In this document: positions 1 to 11,711 of the stretch, in pieces
Layout of the letters: each line of letters starts with the position of its first letter
Numbering within the stretch: position 1 is the first letter of the stretch
Assembly (NCBI GenBank): GCA_040758355.1
Contig: JBFLWF010000001.1
Coordinates: forward strand, 96,001-160,000
Source: Nitrospirota bacterium
GTDB lineage: Bacteria > Nitrospirota > Thermodesulfovibrionia > Thermodesulfovibrionales > Dissulfurispiraceae
DNA length: 64,000 bases
Reading direction: 5' to 3'
Translations under genes and position numbers: made by a program
The notes under the pieces: generated by a model
What the model was told of the DNA's origin: nothing
Databases searched by the model: none
The model's input: the letters and a program-made list of their open reading frames with translations, nothing else

Positions 1-105
1 AAGAATCTGAAAAAAAGTGAGCAGGGAGAAGTGGAAATCAAAAATATCTTAACCCTATTAACATAGGGGGATTTCACAAGGGGGGACGCAAGTCCCCTTT
101 GTGCG

Positions 106-1479
106 CTAACCGACAACATCCAGTCTTCTAACCCTTAGTTTCACTCCGAGGGAATCTGTGATTTCTTTGCATTTATCAACATCAACGCCTTCTGCTGTAA
201 CAACGGTTGCTGTTACATCAGGAATATATTTCGTTGCCTCTTTTATGAAATTCACCACTTCATTAAAGGCGTTTTTAAACGCGGGCTTGCATATGCTGTT
301 ATAGGTCTCCTCATCCTGTGCATCGAGGCTTATTGATATTGAGTCTACAAGCCCCTGCAATTCAGGAAGAATGTTTCTTTTATGAATCAGATTTCCATGA
401 CCGTTTGTATTTATCCTTACTTTGCCGCCTTTTCCCTTTACCCATGAGGCAACGGACTTCACTGCATCGAGTCTCAGCAAAGGTTCTCCATACCCGCAAA
501 AGACTATCTCATTATATTTCGCCGGGTCACCGATGGCATCCTTTAATTCTTCTTCCGTAGGCTCATGTTCAAGCCTGAGTTTATATCCTTTTACAAAATC
601 CGTATGAAACTTTACGCAGAAAGTGCATTTGCTTGTGCACCTGTTGGTTACATTCAAATAAAGGCTGTCCCTTATCCTGTAGGCGATTTCGGCCTCCGGC
701 ATCTTACCAATGCCGAAGAGTCTTTTTGCGTTTAAAGTCGTAATCCTGTCTATATCTTCATAGGATATGCCTCTCAATTCAGCTATGAATTTTGCTGTAT
801 GCACAACAAATGCAGGCTCGTTTCTTTTGCCCCTCAAAGGTTCAGGCGTTAGATAAGGTGCGTCTGTCTCGATGAGCAGGTAATCGTCAGGGATTGCCTT
901 AGCTATCTCCCTTAACCTATCTGCGTTTTTAAATGTTACAGGCCCTGCAATGGATATGTAAAAACCCAGGCTCATCACCCTCTCAGCCATCTCCATATCC
1001 CCTGAGAAGCAGTGCATCACGCCCTTTGTAACGCCCGATTCCTCAAGGATTTTAAGGGTATCTTTTTTTGCCTCTCTGCTGTGGATAATAACAGGAAGGT
1101 TTACTTCCTTTGCATAATAAAGCTGTTTTTTGAATACATCTTTCTGAATTTCTCTCGGCGAATGGTCATAGTGGTAATCGAGGCCGATTTCGCCAATGGC
1201 AACAATTTTGCTTTTTGCCCTTTGCCCTTCGCCCTTTGCCCATCTCTTTATCTGATTGAATATCTCTTCTGTAAAGTCCTTTGCATCATGCGGATGGATG
1301 CCGACAGTGGCATAAATGAAATCATACTTTTCTGCAAGTTCTACAGCGCCCTTGCATCCCTCAAAATCAGAACCTATGGTTATGACTGCTTCTAACCCTG
1401 CTTCCCTTGCCCTTTTGATGACCTCTTCCCTGTCATTGTCAAAGGCATCCATTTCAAGATGACAATGTGTGTCTATCAT
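106..1479 (-). CDS. tatD: TatD-family hydrolase fused to a C-terminal radical SAM domain
   Basis: MIDTHCH, GEIGLDY, HCFSG and ETDAPY TatD motifs, then CxxxCxxC (CTSKCTFC). Start placed at 1479, where ATGA overlaps the upstream stop. Confidence 0.9.
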   Translation of the reverse strand: MIDTHCHLEMDAFDNDREEVIKRAREAGLEAVITIGSDFEGCKGAVELAEKYDFIYATVGIHPHDAKDFTEEIFNQIKRWAKGEGQRAKSKIVAIGEIGLDYHYDHSPREIQKDVFKKQLYYAKEVNLPVIIHSREAKKDTLKILEESGVTKGVMHCFSGDMEMAERVMSLGFYISIAGPVTFKNADRLREIAKAIPDDYLLIETDAPYLTPEPLRGKRNEPAFVVHTAKFIAELRGISYEDIDRITTLNAKRLFGIGKMPEAEIAYRIRDSLYLNVTNRCTSKCTFCVKFHTDFVKGYKLRLEHEPTEEELKDAIGDPAKYNEIVFCGYGEPLLRLDAVKSVASWVKGKGGKVRINTNGHGNLIHKRNILPELQGLVDSISISLDAQDEETYNSICKPAFKNAFNEVVNFIKEATKYIPDVTATVVTAEGVDVDKCKEITDSLGVKLRVRRLDVVG

Positions 1480-2684
1480 GCCCCGAACTTCTTCAACCTC
1501 AATGAATTTGCAAGTGCCAGAGGAATTAGATTCACTGCCGGGAATATGCCGAGCTCGCCTTTTGTGCATTCGCGCTCGGAGAATGCAGAACACAAACCGC
1601 CAAGCACATAAGGAGATTTTAACAGGACAGGCACAGGATGCCAGCTATGGCTTTTCAATAATGCAGGAGTCGAGTGGTCGCCTGTAATCATAAGCACATC
1701 AGGTTTTAGCTCAAGTATTTGGGGCAGGAGTTTATCGAATTCCTCAATCCTTGCTGCCTTTCCTTCAAAATTCCCGTCTTCGCCGTATGAGTCAATCTTT
1801 TTTACATGCACAAAGAAAAAATCATAATCATTGTATTTTTGTTTTAAAAATTTAATCTCATCTTCAACGCTTCCTTCAATTGCAGGAGTATCCATTCCTA
1901 CAAGCCTTGCAAGGCCTCTGTACATCGGATATGTTGCAATGGCAAGGGACTTTAATCCGAATGCCTCTTCGAATGTTGGAATACGGGGCATTTGAGCAAA
2001 TCCCCTTGTTAGAATAAAATTCGCCTTTTCTTCGCTTTTCAATATCTCCTGGACTTTGTTTATCAACTTCTCGGCAACCTTTGCCACCTTCTCTGCGCTT
2101 TTTGACAGAGGTGTAGCAGGCAGCGGAGCCTTTCCTTCTTTCTGCGGATCTGTATCGGTAAGCATCCCCGCATCAGGCTCAAGGTCATTCGGGAATCTGA
2201 ACAGTACGGCAAATCTGTGCTCCATACCCGGGGCAAATATTAATTCCGCCTCATCGATTTTGGTTATCTCTTTCTGGAGTCTTTCTGTGAGCTTTCTATT
2301 CTGCTCCGTTGGTATCCTGCCGGCACGTCTGTCAACGATGACCCCGTTCTTAATTGTTGCGTAGTTGCATCTTACAGCCACATCGGTTTTTCTAACCTCA
2401 AGTCCAAGACCGAGTGCCTCTAAAATTCCCCTTCCAATCTGGAATTCTATGGGGTCGTATCCGAAAATTCCAAGGTGTCCGGGTCCGCTTCCGGGAGTAA
2501 CACCATAAGCAACAGGTACATGCAATCCGCATGCAGACTCTTTTGCGAGTGCATCGAGGTTCGGAATATTTGCAGCCTCGAGCTCTGTCTTGCCATTGAT
2601 AGGGAGTCCGCCGACTCCGTCAAGGACAACCAATATTATTTTTGAATCATTCTTCTGGATTAATGGTTTTATAAGCTTTTGCAT
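1476..2684 (-). CDS. apgM: 2,3-bisphosphoglycerate-independent phosphoglycerate mutase (ApgM type)
   Basis: VLDGVGG, PGSGPGHL, TGDHSTP and HSWHPVP motifs. Confidence 0.88.
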   Translation of the reverse strand: MQKLIKPLIQKNDSKIILVVLDGVGGLPINGKTELEAANIPNLDALAKESACGLHVPVAYGVTPGSGPGHLGIFGYDPIEFQIGRGILEALGLGLEVRKTDVAVRCNYATIKNGVIVDRRAGRIPTEQNRKLTERLQKEITKIDEAELIFAPGMEHRFAVLFRFPNDLEPDAGMLTDTDPQKEGKAPLPATPLSKSAEKVAKVAEKLINKVQEILKSEEKANFILTRGFAQMPRIPTFEEAFGLKSLAIATYPMYRGLARLVGMDTPAIEGSVEDEIKFLKQKYNDYDFFFVHVKKIDSYGEDGNFEGKAARIEEFDKLLPQILELKPDVLMITGDHSTPALLKSHSWHPVPVLLKSPYVLGGLCSAFSERECTKGELGIFPAVNLIPLALANSLRLKKFGA

Positions 2685-2797
2685 GTCAAACTCCTTAGAA
2701 TTAGGATATGAAATGATAATGCAAGAATCTCTTTTTTGGCAACTGAAAACTTGACGATTGCGGAGTGTTTTTTGTATTGTAACTATCTGATATTTGT

Positions 2798-2870
<73 letters not shown>

Positions 2871-2952
2871 CTTGAAAAATTCCTTGAACTCCTTTCCAAA
2901 ATACTGCTTTGAAAATAACCTCTGAATCTGTGATAAACTTAATCAGGTCAAG

Positions 2953-4743
2953 ATGAAAGCCAAAAACACACTCACCATAGAATTCGCAGCAGGCGCCCTT
3001 CTCAAGAGAGGCCTGGTTTCAGCGGAGCAGTTTAATGACATAATCCTGAAAGGAGAAAAACAGAGGGAGCGCCTGCAAAGGTATCAGGAGGCGACCTACT
3101 CGAGGAGACTGCACAGGATCCCCTATTCTGTCTCTCCGGCAGAGGCCGTATCATCATTCAATATCGAAATGCCCGGCAAAGACGGGAGATTGCTCACCGA
3201 AGATATTATTACAGAGGCCGTTGCAGATGAAGTCGGCATGGAGTATAAAAAGATTGACCCCCTGAAACTCGATCTCGATGTGGTAACAAAATATGTCCCA
3301 CGCCTGTTTGCATTAAGGCATCTCATTATCCCGATAGAGGATCAGAACGGCTCTGTAATCATGGCGGTTGCCGACCCGTTCAACCTCGAGGCCGTAGAGA
3401 GTCTTCAAAAGACAAAGGGTCTGAAGATAAGGCCTGTCCTCAGTTCTAAAACAGACATAATGAAGATCGTGAGGGAGTTCTTCGGATTCCATGCATCGCT
3501 CAGCGCAGCAGAAGCAGAGATGAAGACAGGCATTGAACTGGGCAACCTCGAACAGTATTTTAAATTGAAACTGCCCGGCGAGGTGGATGCAACAGACAAG
3601 CATATCGTCAATGCAGTGGATTACCTCCTTCATTATGCCTTTGAGCAGAGGGCAAGCGACATCCACGTCGAACCGAAAAGGGAGAAGTCCTTTGTCAGGT
3701 TCAGGATAGACGGGGTGTTGCATTACATCCACACCATCCCCAAATCCCTTCATCCGCCTATAGTGTCGAGAATAAAGACACTGTCGAGGATAGACATAGC
3801 GGAAAAGAGAAGACCCCAGGACGGAAGGATCAAGACGAGCCACAAAGGGAAGGATATAGAGCTGAGGGTCTCCACCCTGCCTGTTGCATTCGGCGAAAAG
3901 GTGGTCATAAGGATATTCGATCCAGACATACTCATGCAGGACCTCGATCAGATCGGTTTTTATCCGAGGGAATACCAGTTGTACAACGCCTTCATAAGGA
4001 AGCCCAACGGCATTATACTCGTTACAGGCCCCACTGGAAGCGGAAAGACCACCACACTCTATTCCACATTGAAAACCCTCTCTTCACCTGACGTGAACAT
4101 CGTTACCATAGAAGACCCCATAGAAATGGTTGTGGAGGAATTCAATCAGGTGGGTGTGCAGTCTGCCATTGGCGTAACCTTTGCAAAGGTGCTCAGGACA
4201 ATACTGCGTCAGGACCCCGATATTATAATGGTTGGAGAGATAAGGGATAAAGAGACTGCAGAGAGTGCTGTTCAGGCTGCCTTAACAGGACACCTCGTCC
4301 TTTCCACATTGCATACCAATGATGCACCATCCTCCATTACAAGACTTCTTGACCTCGGCGTTCCTTCTTTTTTGATATCATCCACTTTAATAGGAATAGT
4401 TGCACAGAGACTTATAAGAAAGATATGCCCGTTCTGCAAAAAGGAGAGGGCTCTTACAGAGGAAGAAGTGGAGCATCTGAAGCTTGGCCCAAAAGAGTAC
4501 AGGGTATTTTTTGGCGAAGGCTGTCTTGAATGCAGGGGAACCGGCTACAGGGGCAGGACAGGAATCTTTGAGGTAATGGAATTCACAGATAAGCTGAGGA
4601 CTGTAATGTCCGATACGGTTGAATTGCATAGGTTGTACGAAATTGTAAGGGCGGACGGTCTGATTAATCTGAGGCAGGTTGCGATCAGAAAGATGCTGGA
4701 AGGTGTCACTACCTTTGAAGAGGTCATAGCTGTAACAGGATAA
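2953..4743 (+). CDS. GspE/PilB-family secretion/pilus assembly ATPase
   Basis: ASDIHVEP, Walker A GPTGSGKT, TIEDPIE, LRQDPD, GEIRD, STLHTN and a tetracysteine Zn motif. Confidence 0.92.
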   Translation: MKAKNTLTIEFAAGALLKRGLVSAEQFNDIILKGEKQRERLQRYQEATYSRRLHRIPYSVSPAEAVSSFNIEMPGKDGRLLTEDIITEAVADEVGMEYKKIDPLKLDLDVVTKYVPRLFALRHLIIPIEDQNGSVIMAVADPFNLEAVESLQKTKGLKIRPVLSSKTDIMKIVREFFGFHASLSAAEAEMKTGIELGNLEQYFKLKLPGEVDATDKHIVNAVDYLLHYAFEQRASDIHVEPKREKSFVRFRIDGVLHYIHTIPKSLHPPIVSRIKTLSRIDIAEKRRPQDGRIKTSHKGKDIELRVSTLPVAFGEKVVIRIFDPDILMQDLDQIGFYPREYQLYNAFIRKPNGIILVTGPTGSGKTTTLYSTLKTLSSPDVNIVTIEDPIEMVVEEFNQVGVQSAIGVTFAKVLRTILRQDPDIIMVGEIRDKETAESAVQAALTGHLVLSTLHTNDAPSSITRLLDLGVPSFLISSTLIGIVAQRLIRKICPFCKKERALTEEEVEHLKLGPKEYRVFFGEGCLECRGTGYRGRTGIFEVMEFTDKLRTVMSDTVELHRLYEIVRADGLINLRQVAIRKMLEGVTTFEEVIAVTG

Positions 4744-4745
4744 AA

Positions 4746-5471
4746 TCAAACCCCCCTCTCCAACCTCTCTATTAGTGGAAATGGCAATCCGAACATCCTC
4801 ATTTTGCCCTGTGTTTTTTCTATGTCATACTCGACACGATAAAGTTTCACGGATGTATCATCAATGATTGCATAACATGCCCTCGGGTCTCCATCCCTCG
4901 GCTGTCCTACGCTCCCGACATTAATGATGTATCTCTCTGTCTCTCCGATTTTCGCTTCGTTTCTGTATGTGTTCATCTCGCCTGAAGGCATCCTCTCTAT
5001 TATAAATGGCTGGTGGCTGTGGCCTAAGAGGCATATTTTATTGTCGAAGTAATGGAAGTTAACCCCTGCATCCCAGAGGGTCAGGAGGTAATGCCATTCT
5101 TCAGGCTCTTTTGGTGTTGAATGCACGAGGAATATCTTTTTATTTTCTATTTCTTTTGAGATTAAAAACGTCTTTAGTATGGATAGATTTTCTTTGCTGA
5201 TTTTTTCCTTTGTCCATAAAATGGCTGCCTTTGCATATGGATTAAAAAAATCGATATCTGTCAGCCCGAGCACTGCCCAATCATGGTTTCCTGCAAGAAG
5301 GATTTTGCATTCAGAGTTCAAGATTGCAATGCATTCATCAGGATCCGGGCCGTAGCCAACAGCATCTCCAAGGAAGAGGATATCCGTTATTTTTTTCTTT
5401 CTAATATCTTTTAAAACAGACTTGAGTGCCTCGATATTTCCGTGGACATCTGAGATTACAGCATATCTCAT
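4746..5471 (-). CDS. Metallophosphoesterase (calcineurin-like)
   Basis: SDVHGN, GDAVGYG, GNHD, GHSH and NVGSVGQPRD motifs. Start at the ATGA overlap with the nusB stop. Confidence 0.88.
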   Translation of the reverse strand: MRYAVISDVHGNIEALKSVLKDIRKKKITDILFLGDAVGYGPDPDECIAILNSECKILLAGNHDWAVLGLTDIDFFNPYAKAAILWTKEKISKENLSILKTFLISKEIENKKIFLVHSTPKEPEEWHYLLTLWDAGVNFHYFDNKICLLGHSHQPFIIERMPSGEMNTYRNEAKIGETERYIINVGSVGQPRDGDPRACYAIIDDTSVKLYRVEYDIEKTQGKMRMFGLPFPLIERLERGV

Positions 5472-5914
5472 TTCTGGCAATATTCTTTTGCTATCTTGTC
5501 GAGGATGCCGTTAATAAAGGCTGCAGATTCTGATGTGGAATACTTTTTTGCGATCTCAAGTGCCTCATTGATAGTTACGGCATTAGGGATGTCTTTTCTG
5601 AATAATAGCTCATATGTGGCAAATCTCAATATATTTCTGTCAATGCTCGCCATCCTCGATATCTTCCACTTCTTTGCCACTTTTTGAATTAATGGGTCTA
5701 TTTCCTTAAGGTTTTCAATAGTCCCTGAGATTATGTCCTCTGCAAAAGCCTTTGTATCAGGGTCTTTTTCATCCGTATCCGACCAGAATACTTCGAGGTT
5801 ATTTTTTATCCCGGAAAGATTTTTTGCCCTGTTGTTATTTCCTGTGGATACCTTTATAAAGTCGATTCTGTACAAAAACTGTAGTGCATATTCCCGTGCC
5901 TTTCTCCGTTTCAT
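5468..5914 (-). CDS. nusB: Transcription antitermination factor NusB
   Basis: RRKAREYALQFLY, IDRNILR, INEALEIAKKY, FINGILD; follows ribH. Confidence 0.95.
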   Translation of the reverse strand: MKRRKAREYALQFLYRIDFIKVSTGNNNRAKNLSGIKNNLEVFWSDTDEKDPDTKAFAEDIISGTIENLKEIDPLIQKVAKKWKISRMASIDRNILRFATYELLFRKDIPNAVTINEALEIAKKYSTSESAAFINGILDKIAKEYCQK

Positions 5915-5942
5915 AATTTACTCATAACTCTTAATTTATGAC

Positions 5943-6404
5943 TCATAACTTCTTTAGTACCTGTGCCATTTCTATGGCTGTAATTGCAGCATCCCATCCC
6001 TTATTGCCTGCCTTTGTTCCTGCCCTTTCAACAGCCTGCTCGATTGTATCCGATGTTATCACTCCAAAGGCTATTGGAACGCCTGTTTCCATGGATGCCG
6101 ACGCAATGCCCTTTGAAACCTCTGCTGCAACATAATCAAAATGCGGTGTTGCACCTCTTATCACTGTGCCGAGACATATGACTGCATTATATAAGCCCTT
6201 TGATGCCATCTTTTTTGCAACGAGGGGAATCTCAAATGAGCCCGGGACTTTCACCACTTCTATATCGTCTTCCTTTGCACCATGCCTTGCAAGGGCGTCT
6301 ATTGCGCCGTCAAGGAGCCTTGATGTAATGAAATCATTAAACCTGCTTACAATGATACCGAACTTAAGACCTTTTGCTTGAAGCTCGCCTTCTATTATTT
6401 TCAT
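5943..6404 (-). CDS. ribH: 6,7-dimethyl-8-ribityllumazine synthase
   Basis: [35 protein letters not shown]. Confidence 0.97.
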   Translation of the reverse strand: MKIIEGELQAKGLKFGIIVSRFNDFITSRLLDGAIDALARHGAKEDDIEVVKVPGSFEIPLVAKKMASKGLYNAVICLGTVIRGATPHFDYVAAEVSKGIASASMETGVPIAFGVITSDTIEQAVERAGTKAGNKGWDAAITAIEMAQVLKKL

Positions 6405-6477
6405 CTCATGTCCTCCAAATAAAATTTATGCATATTTTAGCATAAGGCAGTGAATGAGTATATGGGCGCTCATTAAC

Positions 6478-7605
6478 TTATGGATAGAACAACTCAAATC
6501 TCCTCGTCCTGATGCTTATAAGTATGCCTGCTGCTATAAAATTGCTTAAAAGCGCTGTGCCTCCATAGCTCACGAAGGGCAGCGGTACTCCTACCACAGG
6601 CATTATTCCGAGGGTCATTCCTATATTCACGCAGAAATATACGAAAAACATTGCGGTTATCCCCATGGCAGTCAGTCTCCCGAATTCATCCTTCGCCCTC
6701 ATGGCTGTGTCCAGTCCCCTTAAAAACAGCATCAGATAAATGCCAAGGAGCATGATGCTTCCTGCAAAGCCCCACTCTTCTGCAAAAACCGAGAATATAA
6801 AATCCGTATGCTTTTCCGGTAAAAACCTCAATGGCCCCTGAGTTCCTTTTAAATAGCCCTTGCCAAAAAAACCGCCGGACCCTACGGATATTTTTGACTG
6901 ATTGATATGATAGCCTATGCCCGCAGGATCTACATCCGGGTCAATGAAGGCGACAAGGCGATTTTTTTGATAATCCTTAAGCCCTTCCCAGAAGATGTGG
7001 CCGAGAAATGGAATAGAGATAAGCCCGATAATAACTATCACTGTTATAATCTTTTTGCTTATCCCTTTTGAGAGGGAAAGGACTACAAATAAAGACATAA
7101 GGAGGATTGCAGTTCCAAGGTCAGGCTGTTTAATCAATAATATTAATGGCAGTATGCCAAACATGAACAGGCTTTTCATGGAAATCTTATCAACAGAATT
7201 TCTGCCCATGTTTGTCAGATAAGAGGAAAAGACGATTATAAAGAATATCCTGAAAAATTCGGATGGCTGAAAAGAGATAGGACCTATGCTCAACCATCTC
7301 TGAGCACCCATGCTGGTCCTTCCTCCGAAGAGGACAATTAAAAGGAGGAGGAGCCCTAAGCCGTATAAGGGGTAGGAGATTCTGTAAAGCCATATGTAGT
7401 CAAAGGATACAACGACAAACAGGACTCCTGTGCTTATAAGAAGCCATAATACCTGCTTTAAATAAAAGTCGGGATGTTCTCCAACTCCGAGGGGAGGTCT
7501 CGTTGCGCTGTAAATAGTCATTATCCCTATAATGGCAAGGGACATTACTATCAGGAAAGTTATCCAGTCGAAATTCTTGATTAATCTTCTGTCAATTTTC
7601 AACAT
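6478..7605 (-). CDS. rodA: Rod shape-determining protein RodA (SEDS family)
   Basis: GAQRW, FQPSEF, KQPDLGTA, LPEKHTDFIF, PFVSYGG; mre operon context. Confidence 0.95.
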   Translation of the reverse strand: MLKIDRRLIKNFDWITFLIVMSLAIIGIMTIYSATRPPLGVGEHPDFYLKQVLWLLISTGVLFVVVSFDYIWLYRISYPLYGLGLLLLLIVLFGGRTSMGAQRWLSIGPISFQPSEFFRIFFIIVFSSYLTNMGRNSVDKISMKSLFMFGILPLILLIKQPDLGTAILLMSLFVVLSLSKGISKKIITVIVIIGLISIPFLGHIFWEGLKDYQKNRLVAFIDPDVDPAGIGYHINQSKISVGSGGFFGKGYLKGTQGPLRFLPEKHTDFIFSVFAEEWGFAGSIMLLGIYLMLFLRGLDTAMRAKDEFGRLTAMGITAMFFVYFCVNIGMTLGIMPVVGVPLPFVSYGGTALLSNFIAAGILISIRTRRFELFYP

Positions 7606-9385
7606 GCCTTGACTCTCCGTTTTTGTTTGCTGACTGCTGACTGCTGACCGCTGACTGCTGACTTTTAAAATACGCCTCGATTGCCCTTTTTGCTATAGGT
7701 GCTGCAACAGCCCCTCCGCCGCCTCCGTGCTCCACAAAGACAGAGAGTGCTATCTCCGGGTTATCGACAGGGGCAAATGCAACAAACCATGCGTGGTCCA
7801 TAAACCGCTCGCCTGTCAGTCCCTTTTTCTTGCCCACAACCTGAGCAGTCCCTGTTTTTCCACCGATAACAGCCAATGACGACCTTGCCCCTTGTGCAGT
7901 GCCGTTGGACTCATTAACGACACCCGATAGCGCCTCCTTTATCATCTTTACTGTTTCCGGCTTTAAGGTTATTGTTCCTGACGGAGCCTGATCGATTTTT
8001 ATTAATGACGGCTTATATATCTTCCCACCGTTGGCGAAGGTTGCTGTCATTAAGGCCATCTGAATCGGCGTTGCAGTAATATAACCCTGTCCTATGGCTG
8101 AAATAAAGGTATCGCCGAGGTACCACGGAAGGCGTTTCTTTTCCTTTTTCCACTCTGTATTGGGGATTAGCCCCCTTTTTTCCTTTACAGGTATAAGCTC
8201 GATGCCGGTCTCTCTTCCGAGGCCGAAGGCTGTTGCATATTTATGGATTTTATCTATCCCGAGCCTTCTGCCCAGTTCATAGAAATATACATCGCAGGAC
8301 TCAACAATCGCCCTGTGGAAATCGACCGGGCCGTGTCCTCCCTTTTTCCAGCATCCGAATGTCCATCTCCCGTAATTTATGCCGCCGGTGCAATTGATTT
8401 TCGTGTCCGGGTTTATAATGCCTTCTTCGAGGGCTGCTATTGCTGTTATTATCTTGAACGTGGATCCAGGAGGATACTGGCTCTGCACCGCCCTGTTGAG
8501 CATGGGCTTCTTCTTGTCCTCCATAAGCGACTTCCAGTCATTATACGCTATGCCCATGGAGAATATGTTCGGGTCAAAGGATGGGAGGCTTTCGAGGGCG
8601 AGGATCTCCCCTGAATCGGACTTTATTGCCACAAGCGCGCCTGCCTTATCGCCAAAGATATCCTCCACAGCCTTCTGGATGTTTATATCGATGCTGAGAT
8701 TAACGTCATTTCCTTTAACCGAAGGCCTCTCCTGTATCATCCTCAGCTCCCTGCCGAGTGCATCCACCTCTATGATCCTCTCTCCAGGTATTCCCCTCAA
8801 CTGGTTGTCGAACAATGCCTCCACGCCCCACTGGCCTATCAATGCATCAGGTGGAAAGTGCCTTAGGTCAGGGTTATTTAATTGAGAAGTGGTTATCTTT
8901 CCGAGATAGCCTATGATGTGCGCTCCGACCTTGCCGAAGAGATACTCCCTTCCGACTTCTGTTTCAACGAAGAGTCCAGGAAAATCGGACCGTCTTGCCT
9001 CGATGCGGGCTATCTCTCCAAAGCTCAGCCCCTGTTTGAGCTTTACAGGGACAAAAGGGCTGTTGTCCTTTTTGTTTAATTTTTCTTCGACCTCTTTTTG
9101 GGTTAAACCGAGGACTGCAGAGAGCGAATCCGTGTCTATGCCCCTGAAATTGTCGGTGGTTATGGAAACGCTGAAGAACGGGATATTTTTCACCAGTGGT
9201 GTTCCGTTCCTGTCGTATATAATACCCCTCGGCGCAGGTGTCTTTAATATCCTCAGCCTGTTGTCCTCGGACAGTCTTTTATATTTGTCTCCGTCAAGTA
9301 TCTGAAGCTGCCAGAGGCGGAAACATAAGATCAGCAGTATCCCGATGATGATGTAAGAACCTAATTGTATTCTCTTCAGAATCAT
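7592..9385 (-). CDS. mrdA: Penicillin-binding protein 2
   Basis: PRGIIYDR, PGSTFK (SxxK), SCD (SxN-like position), KTGTAQ. Confidence 0.95.
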   Translation of the reverse strand: MILKRIQLGSYIIIGILLILCFRLWQLQILDGDKYKRLSEDNRLRILKTPAPRGIIYDRNGTPLVKNIPFFSVSITTDNFRGIDTDSLSAVLGLTQKEVEEKLNKKDNSPFVPVKLKQGLSFGEIARIEARRSDFPGLFVETEVGREYLFGKVGAHIIGYLGKITTSQLNNPDLRHFPPDALIGQWGVEALFDNQLRGIPGERIIEVDALGRELRMIQERPSVKGNDVNLSIDINIQKAVEDIFGDKAGALVAIKSDSGEILALESLPSFDPNIFSMGIAYNDWKSLMEDKKKPMLNRAVQSQYPPGSTFKIITAIAALEEGIINPDTKINCTGGINYGRWTFGCWKKGGHGPVDFHRAIVESCDVYFYELGRRLGIDKIHKYATAFGLGRETGIELIPVKEKRGLIPNTEWKKEKKRLPWYLGDTFISAIGQGYITATPIQMALMTATFANGGKIYKPSLIKIDQAPSGTITLKPETVKMIKEALSGVVNESNGTAQGARSSLAVIGGKTGTAQVVGKKKGLTGERFMDHAWFVAFAPVDNPEIALSVFVEHGGGGGAVAAPIAKRAIEAYFKSQQSAVSSQQSANKNGESRHVEN

Positions 9386-9386
9386 A

Positions 9387-9893
9387 TCAATCCGTCAGCC
9401 GGAATTTGCTCGGCTTCAATATTATACCAAATGGCATGTTGGCAACGGTTTGTATTAAGATTGTCTGCAATGCATCGAGGATGCTTATGTTTATACTGGT
9501 AAAGATAATCCGGGAGCCTGCAACCATAACTCCATCGAGGATCGTAAAGACGACAATGGTTATCACACCCAAAAGGGGTGTCCATTTAAAGACGACCTCG
9601 GTAAAGACCACAATGGTCAGAAAACCGGTTAAGCCCTTGCTGAAAAAATTAGGGCCTATGATCGAACCCGAGAGGATGTCTTCCAGCAGGCCGACAAAGG
9701 CGCCGAAGACCGTGCTCTTTATCTCTGACCTGCTTCCGAAATAAACATCCGCCTTGTGGCTTCGAGGAAGGCTCTTCAGGCTGAAGAAATAAACGAGTAC
9801 AATAGAGAGGTTTAACGGTCTGTGGAAAATGGAAAGCTGGGTCTGTATGAGGAAGGTCAGAAAAATAAAAAATGCCCACTTTGCATAGTTCAT
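9387..9893 (-). CDS. mreD: Rod shape-determining protein MreD
   Basis: Hydrophobic ORF with GLLEDILSG, located between mreC and mrdA. Confidence 0.8.
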   Translation of the reverse strand: MNYAKWAFFIFLTFLIQTQLSIFHRPLNLSIVLVYFFSLKSLPRSHKADVYFGSRSEIKSTVFGAFVGLLEDILSGSIIGPNFFSKGLTGFLTIVVFTEVVFKWTPLLGVITIVVFTILDGVMVAGSRIIFTSINISILDALQTILIQTVANMPFGIILKPSKFRLTD

Positions 9894-9894
9894 A

Positions 9895-10670
9895 TCACTT
9901 GCTGAGAATAACCACTTCTTCTATTTTTGCATCAGACTGAAACGGTAAGACCTTTATATCCTGAAAAAATTCGATCCCTTCCTTCCTGACGCTGCTCACA
10001 ACACCAACGAGCAGCCCCGGAGGGAAAATACCGTCGAGCCCGGAGGTAACCGCCATTTCACCTTTTTCCACATCCTCTTCCGGCGGTACATATTTGAGGA
10101 TGCAGTACCGCTGGCCTGCGCCGGATATAACTCCTTCGTGCCTGCTGTTCTGAAGCCTGACGGCAACAGAAAAGTTCGGGTCTTTCAGGAGCAATACCTC
10201 CGAAGAATTATCCTTTATTGCATATATCTTGCCCACGAGGCCTTTTGGCGTAATAACAGACATATCCTTTTTAATGCCGCTATTTTTGCCCTTATCGAGG
10301 ATCATGGTATGCAGCAATCTGTCATAGCCACGCGCTATCACCTTTGCAGTGGTTACATAATTGGGAAGGTGCTCCTTTAAAGACAGAAGCTCCTTGAGCC
10401 TCTTGTTCTCCTGAACCATCTCTGCATATCGCTGTTTCTCGGTGAGGGCAGCAGTAAGTTCCTTTCTGAGACTTTTGTTTTCTTCAAATGTGCCCCAGAG
10501 TTCACGGAATGTCATGGTAACATTTAGAGTGAAATTGTTAAGGACGTCATAAGGGTAGGATAAAATCCTGAAGAGCGCAGAAGGCCTTCTGTTGTGATGG
10601 TACGTTATCAGTATAAGGGCAATCAGAGAAAGCAAGAACAGGATGATGATTCTCTTTTTGCCCTTTGACA

Positions 10671-10671
<1 letters not shown>
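9895..10671 (-). CDS. mreC: Rod shape-determining protein MreC
   Basis: N-terminal TM, ENKRLKELL coiled coil, GLVGK, TSGLDGIFPPG. Confidence 0.93.
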
Positions 10672-11702
<1,031 letters not shown>

Positions 11703-11711
11703 TTAAACCTC

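Noticed and set aside
1480..1593. N-terminal extensions of tatD, accA (to 16137), RDD (to 12182), DUF4212 (to 38257) and GntR (to 48803)
   Set aside because: They overlap upstream genes, repeats or operators; downstream starts fit the family N-termini or RBS better.
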